Assembly: GCA_903851235.1 (NCBI GenBank)
Contig: CAINNR010000030.1
Span: 13,210-77,209, forward strand
Source of the DNA: an uncultured Candidatus Berkelbacteria bacterium
Lineage (GTDB): Bacteria > Patescibacteriota > UBA1384 > XYA2-FULL-43-10 > CAINNR01
Length of the DNA: 64,000 nucleotides
Direction: 5' to 3'
The notes beneath the pieces were generated by a model. That model was not told where the DNA came from. It made no database searches and saw only the letters and a program-made list of their open reading frames with translations. Below are positions 8,792-19,273 of the stretch, one piece after another; the first letter of the stretch is position 1, and the number at the start of each line of letters is the position of its first letter. Position numbers and translations under genes: made by a program.

Positions 8792-10363
8792 TTGAAAAAA
8801 GTTCTACTTGTTATTTTGGATGGTTGGGGGCTCTCGCCTTTAAAAGAAGGTAATTCTACCTATTTGGCAAAAACACCGAATTTGGATTGGGTATTCGGAT
8901 CGTACCCAAAAACTTCACTTTCAGCTTCCGGTATTGATGTCGGAATTACGCCCGGCGAATCCGGAAACTCCGAAGTCGGACACCTGAATTTGGGTTCTGG
9001 CCGTGTGGTTTGGAAGAGTTTACCTCGAATAGACCAAGCAATAGAAAACGCTGGTTTTTTTCGTAATGAAAATTTGATGAAATTGACCGACCAAATAAAA
9101 AAAACCGATGGGACATTGCATCTAATTGGACTTTGCTCTGCCGGCAGTGTTCACTCGAGTCTAAATCACCTATTTGCGCTCTTAAAGTTTGCCAGCGACA
9201 AAAATTTGGAAAAAATTTATATTCACATGATTACAGACGGTCGTGACACGGCGCCACAAGTTGCCAAAGAGGACATTGATCGAATTCAAGCGGAGATTTC
9301 AAAGACAGGGGTCGGCAAAATCGCCACCATTATCGGTCGGTTTTATGCCATGGATCGCGACAAACATTTTGAGCGAGTTGAAAAGGCGTATAATCTTTGG
9401 GTTTTGGGTCAGGGTGATTTTTACTCCGGTGCAAAAGAAGCTATCGACGCCAACTATCGCGCCGGCGCCGACGATGAGAAAATCGGCCCATGTTTAATCG
9501 ACAAGGATGGCCTAATCCGTCCGGGCGATGGTATTATCTTCTTTAACTTCCGAGCCGATAGAGTGCGCCAGATCCTCAATGTTTTTGAAAGTGATAGCTT
9601 CTCCGAATTTCAAAAGCAAAAAATTGACAATTTGAGTATTTTGACGATGACAAAATACTTTGACGATCAGCTATCACCGGTAATATTTCCGCCACTTGAT
9701 ATGAATAATGTTGTCGCTGATATTATCGAATCCAACAATTTAAGTCAAAGTCATATCGCCGAAACGGAAAAGTATGCTCATGTGACCTATTTCTTTAACG
9801 GTGGTGAGGAGAAACCGCACGAGCATGAAGATCAAGTTCTTGTGCCATCACAACGAGTCGAAAGTTACACCACAGCACCAGAGATGTCGGCGGTGGCGAT
9901 TAAAGACAAAGTGGTGGAAGCAATTCAAAATCAAAAAGATTTTATTGTCGTTAATTTTGCCAATGGCGATATGGTCGGCCATACTGGAAATTTGCAGGCG
10001 ACGATTAAGGCGGTTGAGTCGGTTGACGAGAATATTGGTCTGCTACTGTCATCGGCGTCGGCAAAAGGTTATAATGTAATTATCACCGCCGACCATGGAA
10101 ATTGTGAAGTAATGATTAACCCGTCGAGCGGCGAAATTAATAAGGAACACACCGGAAGTCCGGTACCGTTTGTTGTTTGTGACTTGTCGGCAAAACCATT
10201 CACGCCGCAAAACGGTAGCGATTTTAATCATGAATCGTTGTTGGAATATTCCGCTAATGCCCCGACCGGGATATTGGCCGATGTGGCACCAACAGTTTTA
10301 GGCATAATCGGTATCGACAAACCGGCGGAAATGAATGGAATAGATATCAGCAAGTTAATTTAA
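8792..10363 (+). CDS. gpmI: 2,3-BPG-independent phosphoglycerate mutase
   Basis: ILDGWG, GNSEVGH, DGRD, AETEKYAHVT, DMVGHTG, TADHGN. Confidence 0.97.
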   Translation: MKKVLLVILDGWGLSPLKEGNSTYLAKTPNLDWVFGSYPKTSLSASGIDVGITPGESGNSEVGHLNLGSGRVVWKSLPRIDQAIENAGFFRNENLMKLTDQIKKTDGTLHLIGLCSAGSVHSSLNHLFALLKFASDKNLEKIYIHMITDGRDTAPQVAKEDIDRIQAEISKTGVGKIATIIGRFYAMDRDKHFERVEKAYNLWVLGQGDFYSGAKEAIDANYRAGADDEKIGPCLIDKDGLIRPGDGIIFFNFRADRVRQILNVFESDSFSEFQKQKIDNLSILTMTKYFDDQLSPVIFPPLDMNNVVADIIESNNLSQSHIAETEKYAHVTYFFNGGEEKPHEHEDQVLVPSQRVESYTTAPEMSAVAIKDKVVEAIQNQKDFIVVNFANGDMVGHTGNLQATIKAVESVDENIGLLLSSASAKGYNVIITADHGNCEVMINPSSGEINKEHTGSPVPFVVCDLSAKPFTPQNGSDFNHESLLEYSANAPTGILADVAPTVLGIIGIDKPAEMNGIDISKLI

Positions 10364-10465
10364 AATGTAAAATATAAAGTTCAAAATTATTGAGAGCATT
10401 TTATGCTCGAACCATAGTAGTGAATTCCGTTATTTTACATTTTGATTTTTGAATTTTAAATTTTA
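10362..10465. repeat. Heptamer-periodic A-arm/T-arm palindromic element
   Basis: aaaatgtaaaat...ttcaaaatt / ttttacattttgatttttgaatttt; relatives at 8713-8775, 17548-17645, 51010-51095, 59092-59180. Confidence 0.65.
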
Positions 10466-10467
10466 CC

Positions 10468-11148
10468 ATGATTGAATTTCAGCATGTGACAAAAAAATAT
10501 GGCAAATACATCATTGCAGTTGACGACGTGACTTTTAAGATTGGTGCGCATGAGTTTGTGGCTTTGGTCGGACCGTCCGGCGCCGGAAAATCAACATTGA
10601 TAAAAATGTTGACGCGAGAAGAGGAGCCGACAAGCGGTAGAATTTTAGTCGCCGACCGCGACATTTTCCAATTAAAAGAGCGTGAATTGCCGTATTACCG
10701 ACGGAAGGTCGGTGTGGTTTTTCAGGATTTCAAACTCTTGGCGCGAAAAACGGTATATGAAAATGTTGCCTTTGCGCTTGAGGTTGCCGGTGTGGTTCCA
10801 TCGGTAATCAAAAAGAGAGTGGCGGAAATGTTGACATTAGTTGGTCTGGATAATCGTCCGGATGCGCTGGCGGAGGAGTTGTCCGGCGGGGAAAAACAGC
10901 GAATCTCTATTGCCAGAGCTTTAGTTCACGAGCCGAAGCTTTTAATCGCCGACGAACCGACCGGCAACTTGGATCCGGTCAATTCTTGGGAAATCATCGA
11001 ACTACTATTCAAAATCAATAAGCAGGGGACAATAGTCTTGCTAGCGACACACAACAAAGAGGTTGTTGATGCCATTCACAAGCGGGTTATCACGATGAAA
11101 GATGGAAAAGTTATCAATGACAAAGAGGATGGAAAGTACATATTATAA
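10468..11148 (+). CDS. ftsE: Cell division ATP-binding protein FtsE
   Basis: GPSGAGKST, VVFQDFKLL, LSGGEKQR, ADEPTGNLD; next to ftsX. Confidence 0.95.
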   Translation: MIEFQHVTKKYGKYIIAVDDVTFKIGAHEFVALVGPSGAGKSTLIKMLTREEEPTSGRILVADRDIFQLKERELPYYRRKVGVVFQDFKLLARKTVYENVAFALEVAGVVPSVIKKRVAEMLTLVGLDNRPDALAEELSGGEKQRISIARALVHEPKLLIADEPTGNLDPVNSWEIIELLFKINKQGTIVLLATHNKEVVDAIHKRVITMKDGKVINDKEDGKYIL

Positions 11149-11229
11149 TCACAAGAATGAATGACTAATAACTTATAACAAATATTGTCCAAATAACCAT
11201 TAGCTATCAGTATAATTTGTTATCCATTC

Positions 11230-12183
11230 ATGGAGTATTTCATGCAAACTAGCGGATTTTCCAACTTAATAATGACAGTTAGCAGAGTTCTGAAGATGAG
11301 TTTTTTGTCATTTTGGCGCAACCGACTTTTATCATTGGCGACAACGGTAATTATTGTTTTGGCCCTGTTCATCATCTCGATATTTTCTCTGACTATAGTA
11401 GTGGCCAACAAAGCGGCCCAAACTCTAAACGGCAAAGTTGACTTGACGGTTTATTTGAAGGATGCCGACACTGATGATCAAGTTACGGCTTTGCAACAAA
11501 TCATCGAGTCGCGGCCTGAAGTGAAAAACGTCTCGTTGATTTCCAAGGATCAAGCGTTGTCAATTTGGCAAAAAAGTCACGCCGACAACTCTGATATTGC
11601 CAATGTGATCTCCCAGGCTGACAATCCGTTGCCGCGGAGTTTCGAGATCAAAACTGCCGATCCGACGCAAATTGAAACCGTTGCTAACTTTCTTGATAAT
11701 CAGGATTACGCGCCGTTAATTCAGCAGATCAGTTATAAGCAAACAAAAGACATTGTTGACAGGTTAATTCGAATTACCGGTTTTGTCAAAACTCTCGGGC
11801 TGGCGTTATCATTGATATTTATTTTAATTTCAGTTTTAATCGTTTACAACACACTCCGTTTGACAATTTACAGTCGGTCTGATGAAATAGAAATTATGAA
11901 GTTGGTTGGTGCTTCGGATTCGTATGTTCGAGCACCGTTTATGATTGAGGGTATGACTTACGGTTTTCTTGGCGCGATTATCTCATCGATAATTTTCTTT
12001 GTCGTTTATCGAGTTTCTTTGCCGCCGGCGGAAAGTTATCTTGGCATCAGCGATTTATCTTCATCGTTATCATCAACACTTTGGTTAATTGTCGCCTCGC
12101 AATTTATTGTCGGGTTGTTGATGGGAGCAATCTGCTCCTTAGTCGCAATGCGACAGTATTTATTCGGCAAAAAAAAGAAATGA
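11230..12183 (+). CDS. ftsX: Cell division permease FtsX
   Basis: 4 TM, NPLP motif, EIEIMKLVGA; start may be ATG 11272. Confidence 0.93.
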   Translation: MEYFMQTSGFSNLIMTVSRVLKMSFLSFWRNRLLSLATTVIIVLALFIISIFSLTIVVANKAAQTLNGKVDLTVYLKDADTDDQVTALQQIIESRPEVKNVSLISKDQALSIWQKSHADNSDIANVISQADNPLPRSFEIKTADPTQIETVANFLDNQDYAPLIQQISYKQTKDIVDRLIRITGFVKTLGLALSLIFILISVLIVYNTLRLTIYSRSDEIEIMKLVGASDSYVRAPFMIEGMTYGFLGAIISSIIFFVVYRVSLPPAESYLGISDLSSSLSSTLWLIVASQFIVGLLMGAICSLVAMRQYLFGKKKK

Positions 12184-13319
12184 AAAAACCATACCGTCTA
12201 AATTTTATTGTCTCGCTAATAATTTTGGCACTCTGTTTTTGTCACGGAGTTTCGATATTCGCCGCCACTCAGCAGGATTTGAATAATGCCAAAGCGGCCC
12301 AGCAGCAAGCAGCAGCAGCGGCCAAGGCCAAAGCGGATCAGGCAGCGCAAATACAGGGTCAAATTTCCGTCATCAGCGGTCAAATTAACGCAACACAAAG
12401 TGCGCTAGATCAAACAAACGGTAATATTGCCGGTACTCAGACGACAATTGATGATTTAACCGACCAGATTGCAGCCCAAGAAAGTAAACTTGTCGATGAA
12501 AAAAATAAACTGGACGAGGTTGTTTCTTCTTGGTATATGGAAGGCAGCTCAGGCTTTTTTCAAACACTGTTTTCTTCGAAAAGTCTGTCGGACATGGTTT
12601 CAAAACAGCAATATTATGATTCGATCAAACAACAAGTTACTAATACAATGGATCAAATTAATGATCTAAAAGCGCAATTAGCAGCGCAAAAAAGCGATCA
12701 GCAAACGAAGATGGCAAGTTTACAAAGTTTGCAACAACAACAGAGCTCTTATAAAAGTTCGGTTGAAAATCAGAAAAGTCTTCAAACGCAAATGCTCAAT
12801 ATGACTTTGGCGCAACAGCAACAATATTTAGCTTTAGTCGCCAAGCTTCAAAACGATATCTCTCATATCTCCGCCGACCTTTACGCCCAACGAATGAAAT
12901 CTTCACCCGGTGTTGCCGGTGCTTTGGGCTATCAGTATATGCAGCCACCGAATGTCTATGTTCTTGACCCGTGGAATTTTTATGAATCGGAGTGTACCGG
13001 ATATGCCGCTTGGTATTGGAATGATGTTTTAGGAAAACATTGGGTTAACACCAGACCGGGTTCCGGTAGCGCTTGGAACTGGCCGGCGCTGGCCAGTGAT
13101 CAGGGTTACTCGGTTTCCCAAACTCCGCGAGTTGGAGCGATAATTTCATGGCAGGCTAGCTATTTATCATCCGATTGGGGACACGTGGCAATCGTCCAAG
13201 CAGTTCACTCGGATGGCACAATTGATGTTTCCGAATATAACTGGTCATATAATCATGGCGGTGATATTAAAACCAACTTAAACCCGTCAAGTCGCGGACC
13301 ATACAGTTATATTTATTGA
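12180..13319 (+). CDS. PcsB/CwlO-like coiled-coil + CHAP peptidoglycan hydrolase
   Basis: Signal peptide, long Gln-rich coiled coil, ECTGYA / WGHVAIV / VSEYNW; ATGA overlap with ftsX. Confidence 0.9.
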   Translation: MKKPYRLNFIVSLIILALCFCHGVSIFAATQQDLNNAKAAQQQAAAAAKAKADQAAQIQGQISVISGQINATQSALDQTNGNIAGTQTTIDDLTDQIAAQESKLVDEKNKLDEVVSSWYMEGSSGFFQTLFSSKSLSDMVSKQQYYDSIKQQVTNTMDQINDLKAQLAAQKSDQQTKMASLQSLQQQQSSYKSSVENQKSLQTQMLNMTLAQQQQYLALVAKLQNDISHISADLYAQRMKSSPGVAGALGYQYMQPPNVYVLDPWNFYESECTGYAAWYWNDVLGKHWVNTRPGSGSAWNWPALASDQGYSVSQTPRVGAIISWQASYLSSDWGHVAIVQAVHSDGTIDVSEYNWSYNHGGDIKTNLNPSSRGPYSYIY

Positions 13320-13381
13320 TATGATTTGAAATTCAAATAACGCACAAAGACAATTCCGTTTGGTTTTGATATAATAAATTT

Positions 13382-14584
13382 GTGAAGAGAAATAAAAAAA
13401 TAATTCTAAAAATTGTCACGGCGCTTTTGGCGCTTGGTTTGATTTTTTATGCCGGTTACGGTTTCGGACTCCGTCGCGGTTCAGGTGATTTCATCCCGTC
13501 TGTTATTAGCAATTCAAACTCCGGTCAGCCGGCAAACGTCGATTTTTCATTATTCTGGCAAACTTGGAACAAGGTTCGGGATTCGTACAATAATTCCTCT
13601 GATCCGCAGTCGATGGTTTATGGCGCAATTTCCGGCATGGTTTCCTCGCTCGGTGATCCATATACAGAATTTTTAAAACCGTCGGACAACAAGGCGCTGA
13701 CGTCGGATTTATCGGGACAGCTGGAAGGGATCGGCGCCGAGCTGACAATGGACAATGATGCTGTAACGGTTATTGCACCACTGGCGTCATCACCGGCGGA
13801 AAAAGCCGGAATCAAAGCCCGTGATATAATTTTAATGGTTGACGAAACATCAACCAACAATTTAACTCTGACCGAAGTTGTTAATAAAATTCGTGGCGCG
13901 GCTGGAACGCAAGTAAAACTGGAGATTCAGCACGCCGGCGCTTCCACGCCGATCAATTTGACGATCATAAGGGCAAAGATTACTGTGCCAAGTGTGACTT
14001 ACGGTTTGAATCAGGATGGAAATAAAAAAATCGCCACTTTCACCATCAGCCAGTTTGGCGACGATACCAGTTCGCTGGTGGAAAAATTTGCCAATCAAGC
14101 GATTAGTGACAAGGCGGATGGTATTATTCTCGACTTGCGCGACAACCCCGGTGGTTATTTGGACAGTGCGGTCACTGTTGCCGGCGTGTTTTTACCGAAC
14201 AATAAGCTGGTTGTTAGCGAGGTTGACAAAAATGGTAAAAAGCAAGAGTATAAAACCAGCGGCGCGGCAACTTTGGCGAATTTGCCTCTAATAGTTTTGG
14301 TTAATGGTGGTAGCGCTTCGGCATCGGAGATATTAACCGGTGCGATAAAAGATAATAAACGCGGCGAAATAATCGGCGAGAAAACTTTTGGTAAGGGTTG
14401 TGTTCAGCAAATTATACCGCTTTCCGGCGGATCGGCGCTGAAAGTCACAATCGCCAATTGGTTAACGCCAAATGGGTCGCAAATAAATAAAATCGGCATT
14501 ACGCCGGATGTTGTCGTCACGTCACCGACGGATAATTCATCTGATCCGCAAATGGAAAAAGCAAAATTGGAAATTACGAAATAA
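13382..14584 (+). CDS. ctpA: S41 carboxyl-terminal protease
   Basis: DPYT, PDZ, LDLRDNPGG, SASASEI, TFGKG. Confidence 0.93.
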   Translation: MKRNKKIILKIVTALLALGLIFYAGYGFGLRRGSGDFIPSVISNSNSGQPANVDFSLFWQTWNKVRDSYNNSSDPQSMVYGAISGMVSSLGDPYTEFLKPSDNKALTSDLSGQLEGIGAELTMDNDAVTVIAPLASSPAEKAGIKARDIILMVDETSTNNLTLTEVVNKIRGAAGTQVKLEIQHAGASTPINLTIIRAKITVPSVTYGLNQDGNKKIATFTISQFGDDTSSLVEKFANQAISDKADGIILDLRDNPGGYLDSAVTVAGVFLPNNKLVVSEVDKNGKKQEYKTSGAATLANLPLIVLVNGGSASASEILTGAIKDNKRGEIIGEKTFGKGCVQQIIPLSGGSALKVTIANWLTPNGSQINKIGITPDVVVTSPTDNSSDPQMEKAKLEITK

Positions 14585-14621
14585 TTTTAAATTTTAAATT
14601 TATAATTTAATATTGATAGTC

Positions 14622-15077
14622 ATGAAAATAATTCTCACGTCTGAGATCAAAAACATCGGCCAAAAAGGCGATATCAAAGAAGTTAAGCCGGGATACGCGC
14701 GGAATTTTTTGTTTCCAAAAGATTTGGCGGTTCCTGCCGATTCCGCTCGTGGGCAGGAAATAATCAAAATCAAAGAGACTGAATCCGAAAAGCAGGGGGA
14801 AGAGATTGGGAAAATCGCTGAACTTGTTCGTGCCAATCAAAATTTTATAATAAAGTTCGAGCGGAAAGCTTCAAGTGAGGGAAAGTTATTTGGCAGTGTC
14901 GCCGTCAAAGAAATCAAAGTCGCGGCTGAAAAAAAGCTGGGGACAAAAGTCGAATCATTGACACCGGATCATCCGGTGAAAGAGATCGGCGACCACAAAT
15001 ATAATTTAGGGTTTAAGGGTCAGCAGACATTAGACATTATCGTCTCGATTGTGCCGTTATCGATAAAGAAGAAGTAG
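14622..15077 (+). CDS. rplI: 50S ribosomal protein L9
   Basis: MKIIL, VKPGYARNFLFP, GKLFGSV. Confidence 0.95.
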   Translation: MKIILTSEIKNIGQKGDIKEVKPGYARNFLFPKDLAVPADSARGQEIIKIKETESEKQGEEIGKIAELVRANQNFIIKFERKASSEGKLFGSVAVKEIKVAAEKKLGTKVESLTPDHPVKEIGDHKYNLGFKGQQTLDIIVSIVPLSIKKK

Positions 15078-15124
15078 CGGAAAGCGCGAAAATAATATAG
15101 AATTGGTGTAGATAGGAGGGGTCT

Positions 15125-16972
15125 ATGGCTGATGTTGGAAAAACTACCGGTGGTTCGCCGTGGGATGAACCACTACCCGAAGGTGCTGAAACTAAGAAAC
15201 CAATGCCGACAATCGTTGGTGATCTTGATGTTAGCAAAAATATTCAACAGGCGCAAACAGCCGAAAATCAGAAACCGACTGAATTAAAACTCCCGACCAA
15301 TACCGAGGAGAAAGTTGGCGCCAAAGTTGATGTTGCGGCTGAAACTCCGGTGATTACTCCGGCTCAACCGATTGCAACTTCGGCACCAAACGCTAATCCT
15401 AGCCCTCAAGTTGCACCAAAAGCCCCGGAGGCTAACTCCGATTTTTGGCAATCAATTTATGGACAAACCGCGAGCGCTCCGGTACCAACTGAAACTCTGG
15501 TTCCGAAACCAACTCAACCGGCGCAACCGAAACCGCTGGCTCCGATTGTGCCAACAGCAGTAACAAACATCATCAATCAGCCGCAACCTGTGGCATCAGC
15601 TCCCGCAACGACGCCACAAGTTCCAATCCGTCCAACGACTCAACAACCGGTATCTCAACCATCGGCACCGCTGCCAAAGGCAGATAATCTCGTGGCGCCT
15701 AATCAGAAAACAGCAAATAATCGAATTAAAACCTTTATTATTGCCGGCGTTGTCGGGGTCGTCATACTTTTCACTGGCGGAGTGTTTTTGACTGAAAAAG
15801 GTATAATTTCGATCGGTTTAGAAAAAATTTACGGCGCGATTCATCTTGATGCCATTTGGGGCGGTTTACCGGCCAACGCTGAAAACGCCTTCGCCATGTC
15901 TGCGTTGAAGATGAAAACGGAAAAAGGTTATAAAATATCGGGAAACGCGACAATCACCGTCAATAAAGGGGTAAAATCCGACTTAATCTCACCCATTGTT
16001 TCGACGGCCGGTAACCAAACATCCATCGACAGTCAGTCAACGGCGACAGAGAGTTCCGGTTTATCAACGGTTGAAGAGTTGACCACTGAAATTAACGCCC
16101 AAATTACCGATTCCGTCAGTGGCGTCGACATCAACATCAAATCAAGTGAAAACTCAAATTCTAAAATTCAGCTGGTTTATTCGAGCGACAAAATGTACTT
16201 GAAAACCTCGGACGATATTGTTTACGGCAGCCAAACAAAGGGTAGCTGGGCATCGTTAGATTTTAATAAATTTGGCAACGATAATCCAGGGCAAAGCTTT
16301 TTGGGTAGCCAATTTTCCGGTTCGGATTTCTCGATTGTCGGGAGTCGCGGTACGGAGGAAACAATTAACGGCGTTCGCTGCTTTCATTACACCGGTGTCG
16401 CGACCATTGGGAACGCCCTGCAAAATTTTGGTCTTTCGAATGACAGCATCTCCAGTCTGAACATGGATTACTGGCTTGGTACGAATGACCACTTTATCCG
16501 TCGGCTGACTATGAGAATTATTCCCGGAAGCAAGTCGGCTGTTTCCAGAATTGATATGACACTCGATTTTTCTGATTTCGGCAATAACTCTTCTGATTTT
16601 ATAATACCGGCAACTTCGACACCTTTCTCTGCTTCGGCATCAACATCATCAACAGTCGGGGCCAGAGATAATCAAAGAAAAACCGACCTCGCCAACATCG
16701 CTAAAGCTCTGGAGAGTTATCACACGGCTAACGGAGAATATCCGCAAGCGACGGGCACGGAAAAAATTTCACCGACATCTGGAACACTTTTTTCCAGTTT
16801 GGTTCCAACCTACTTATCTACACTACCACTTGACCCGAACGACCCAACCAATTATTATGGATATGTATCCGATGGCGCGAGTTATACGTTATCGTCTGTT
16901 TTGGAGGATAAAACCGACACATCGGGCAAACAGGTTGGGGCTAACTACTTGTATTTTCTTTCAAGTTTGTAA
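15125..16972 (+). CDS. Membrane protein: Pro-rich N-terminus, TM, beta-rich domain, C-terminal pilin/GspG-like domain
   Basis: C-terminus ARDNQRKTDLANIAKALESY...YP...YLSTLPLDP...YTLSSVLE resembles a pseudopilin globular domain. Confidence 0.7.
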   Translation: MADVGKTTGGSPWDEPLPEGAETKKPMPTIVGDLDVSKNIQQAQTAENQKPTELKLPTNTEEKVGAKVDVAAETPVITPAQPIATSAPNANPSPQVAPKAPEANSDFWQSIYGQTASAPVPTETLVPKPTQPAQPKPLAPIVPTAVTNIINQPQPVASAPATTPQVPIRPTTQQPVSQPSAPLPKADNLVAPNQKTANNRIKTFIIAGVVGVVILFTGGVFLTEKGIISIGLEKIYGAIHLDAIWGGLPANAENAFAMSALKMKTEKGYKISGNATITVNKGVKSDLISPIVSTAGNQTSIDSQSTATESSGLSTVEELTTEINAQITDSVSGVDINIKSSENSNSKIQLVYSSDKMYLKTSDDIVYGSQTKGSWASLDFNKFGNDNPGQSFLGSQFSGSDFSIVGSRGTEETINGVRCFHYTGVATIGNALQNFGLSNDSISSLNMDYWLGTNDHFIRRLTMRIIPGSKSAVSRIDMTLDFSDFGNNSSDFIIPATSTPFSASASTSSTVGARDNQRKTDLANIAKALESYHTANGEYPQATGTEKISPTSGTLFSSLVPTYLSTLPLDPNDPTNYYGYVSDGASYTLSSVLEDKTDTSGKQVGANYLYFLSSL

Positions 16973-16993
16973 TAATAAGGTCTAGGAGTTAAT

Positions 16994-17548
16994 ATGACAG
17001 GTTTATGGATTATTGTTGGCATCATCGTATTATTACTAATCATCATTGCCTCGGTTTTTAATCGATTGGTGAGTTTAAAAAACCGTACCGATGAAGCCTG
17101 GAGCGACATTGACGTTCAACTGAAGCGGCGACATGATTTGATTCCCAATTTGGTTGAAATGGTCAAGGGTTATGCTAAACATGAAAAGGAAGTTTTTGAA
17201 AAAGTTACCGAAGCCAGAACTGCGGCAATTTCCTCCAAAGGTTTGGCTGAAAAAACTAAAGCCGAAAATCAGATCACTTCAGCCCTAAAATCGGTTTTTG
17301 CCGTAGCGGAAAATTATCCCGATCTAAAAGCCAACGAAAATTTCTTGGAGTTGCAACGCGAAGTTACTGATACTGAAGATAAAATTCAAGCCGCACGACG
17401 TTTTTATAACGGTAATGTTCGCGATCTTAATATCGCTATTGAAAGTTTTCCCTCAAATATTGTTGCCGGACTTTTTCATTATCAGAAAAAAGATCAGTTT
17501 GAGCTTGATGATGTTGCTGAACGTCAAAATGTTGAAGTTAAATTTTAA
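16994..17548 (+). CDS. lemA: LemA family protein
   Basis: AWSDIDVQLKRRHDLIPNLV, AENYPDLKAN, RRFYN. Confidence 0.96.
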   Translation: MTGLWIIVGIIVLLLIIIASVFNRLVSLKNRTDEAWSDIDVQLKRRHDLIPNLVEMVKGYAKHEKEVFEKVTEARTAAISSKGLAEKTKAENQITSALKSVFAVAENYPDLKANENFLELQREVTDTEDKIQAARRFYNGNVRDLNIAIESFPSNIVAGLFHYQKKDQFELDDVAERQNVEVKF

Positions 17549-17664
17549 AAAAAGTCAAAATTAAAAAGTAAAAATTCAAAATTATAGGTCAAAATTAGTG
17601 ATTATTAATTAAAATTTTGACTTTTGACTTATAACTTTTGAGCTAATCAAAGAAGGGAGAAGTT

Positions 17665-18000
17665 ATGCCGGAGGAAAAGAAGGTTTCGAGTGATGAAAAC
17701 AATTTGGCGATGATCGCCCACATTTTGGGTATTGTCATCGGCTTCATTGGGCCATTGGTTATCTATTTAACCGCCAAGGACAAACCTTTTGCATACTCGC
17801 AATCAAAGGAGGCCTTGAATTTCCAGATTACAGTTTTGATCGCTTGGGTAGCTTGCGCAATTCTTTCGTTTATTGGTATTGGCTTCTTGCCTTTCGGCGC
17901 GGTTTGGGTGGTTAATTTGATTTTCTGTGTTTTGGGAGCGACAGCCGCCAGTAAGGGTGAAGCATATAAATATCCATTTGCGCTTCGTTTAGTTAATTAA
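17665..18000 (+). CDS. DUF4870-like membrane protein
   Basis: MIAH, GPLVIYL, KEALNFQIT, GEAYKYP. Confidence 0.85.
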   Translation: MPEEKKVSSDENNLAMIAHILGIVIGFIGPLVIYLTAKDKPFAYSQSKEALNFQITVLIAWVACAILSFIGIGFLPFGAVWVVNLIFCVLGATAASKGEAYKYPFALRLVN

Positions 18001-18302
18001 TGGAGGTCAATTTGACCATCAAGCAGAAACTTTTGGCACTTTTATCGTATCTCTCAATTTTGTTGTTCTTCCCGCTGAATTTTATCAAAGGTGATGAATT
18101 TGTTCATTATCACGCAAAACAGGGCGTTGTAATGTTTGTGCTGGCAATTCTAATCGCCTTTACTTTTTGGATCCCTGTTGCCGGCTGGGTTTTTCTTTTG
18201 GCGTATTTGGTTATTTGGTTTACCGGAGTTCTTAATGCTTTGACCGGAAAATCAGAGCCAGTCCCGGTTGTTGGTAAAATCGCCGAGAGGTTGTCGATTT
18301 AG
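18000..18302 (+). CDS. DUF4870/Tic20-like membrane protein
   Basis: LSYL, FVHYHAKQG, PVVGKIAE. Confidence 0.8.
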   Translation: MEVNLTIKQKLLALLSYLSILLFFPLNFIKGDEFVHYHAKQGVVMFVLAILIAFTFWIPVAGWVFLLAYLVIWFTGVLNALTGKSEPVPVVGKIAERLSI

Positions 18303-18358
18303 TTTAGGCTTTTGTTTAGACCCGATGCTATCCGATCGAAATATTTGAATAATCTGTT

Positions 18359-18393
18359 CTAAAAAGATCGTTTGAAACGGTCTTTTTAGTTTT
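18359..18393. terminator. Bidirectional terminator
   Basis: ctaaaaagatcgttt-g-aaacggtctttttag. Confidence 0.75.
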
Positions 18394-18453
18394 GGAATAG
18401 ATTATTTGATATACTACTTTTGGCGCTATCACGAGAAAGGGAGGTATAGCTTT

Positions 18454-19131
18454 ATGCAGTTGCCAGTCTTAGTTGATGAATCAATGAGGCAAAGGTTCAT
18501 TGAAATTGGTGCGCTGAAGGTTGGTGGCCACTTTGTGTATTCGGGTGGTGGACATTGCGACGAATTTTTCGATTTTGAAGCCATCGTACCACGCTGGCCA
18601 GACATTATGTTCTTTTATAACAATCTTTGTGAAGGCATTAACGATCAGCGAATCAATACAGATGTTGTTATCGGTCCTGAGCGTGGTGGGATTGCATTGG
18701 CTCATATGACGTCATACTTTTTGGAGAAAACTGCCAATCGCCCTTGCCGTGGCATTTATGCCGAAAAAATTCGAGATGTGGAAGAGCGACGGTTGATTGG
18801 CTGTCGCTATAGGATTCCAGCAGTTTTTCTAAACTATCTGATTGATAGTACCGTTCTAGTTTTAGATGATATTGCTAACACCGGTGGCAACATTGCTGAA
18901 GTTGTTTCGCTTGTAAGGCAAGCTGGTGCCAAACAAATTATTGTCGCAATCATGATTAACCGGTGTTGTTTGACTGCAGATCAGGTTAGTGCTGATCGCC
19001 TTATTACAGTTGTTGAAATGCCAAATAAGGTTTGGAGCGCGGCTGATTGCCCGATGTGCAAGTCTCATATCCCGATTGACACGGAATTTGGTCACGGTGC
19101 TGAATTTCTAGCTTCACAGGCGGGCAAGTAG
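18454..19131 (+). CDS. Divergent orotate phosphoribosyltransferase-like (PRTase type I)
   Basis: GHFVYSGGGH, VLVLDDIANTGG PRPP loop, C-terminal CPMC; GGGAGG SD; own terminator cgggcaa/ttgcccg+T at 19121-19146. Confidence 0.8.
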   Translation: MQLPVLVDESMRQRFIEIGALKVGGHFVYSGGGHCDEFFDFEAIVPRWPDIMFFYNNLCEGINDQRINTDVVIGPERGGIALAHMTSYFLEKTANRPCRGIYAEKIRDVEERRLIGCRYRIPAVFLNYLIDSTVLVLDDIANTGGNIAEVVSLVRQAGAKQIIVAIMINRCCLTADQVSADRLITVVEMPNKVWSAADCPMCKSHIPIDTEFGHGAEFLASQAGK

Positions 19132-19220
19132 TTTTGCCCGTTTTTTCTATTGAAAAACGGTCAAGAAAAAGCTAAGATTGATTTAGTGTTTTCATTTTTT
19201 AGTTTTGACATTTAAAATTT

Positions 19221-19255
19221 AACTTTTAACTTTTAACTTTTAACTTTTAACTTTT
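19221..19255. repeat. Tandem heptamer (AACTTTT)x5
   Basis: Direct reading, upstream of htpX. Confidence 0.9.
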
Positions 19256-19273
19256 AATTTTTGAGTTATTTTT

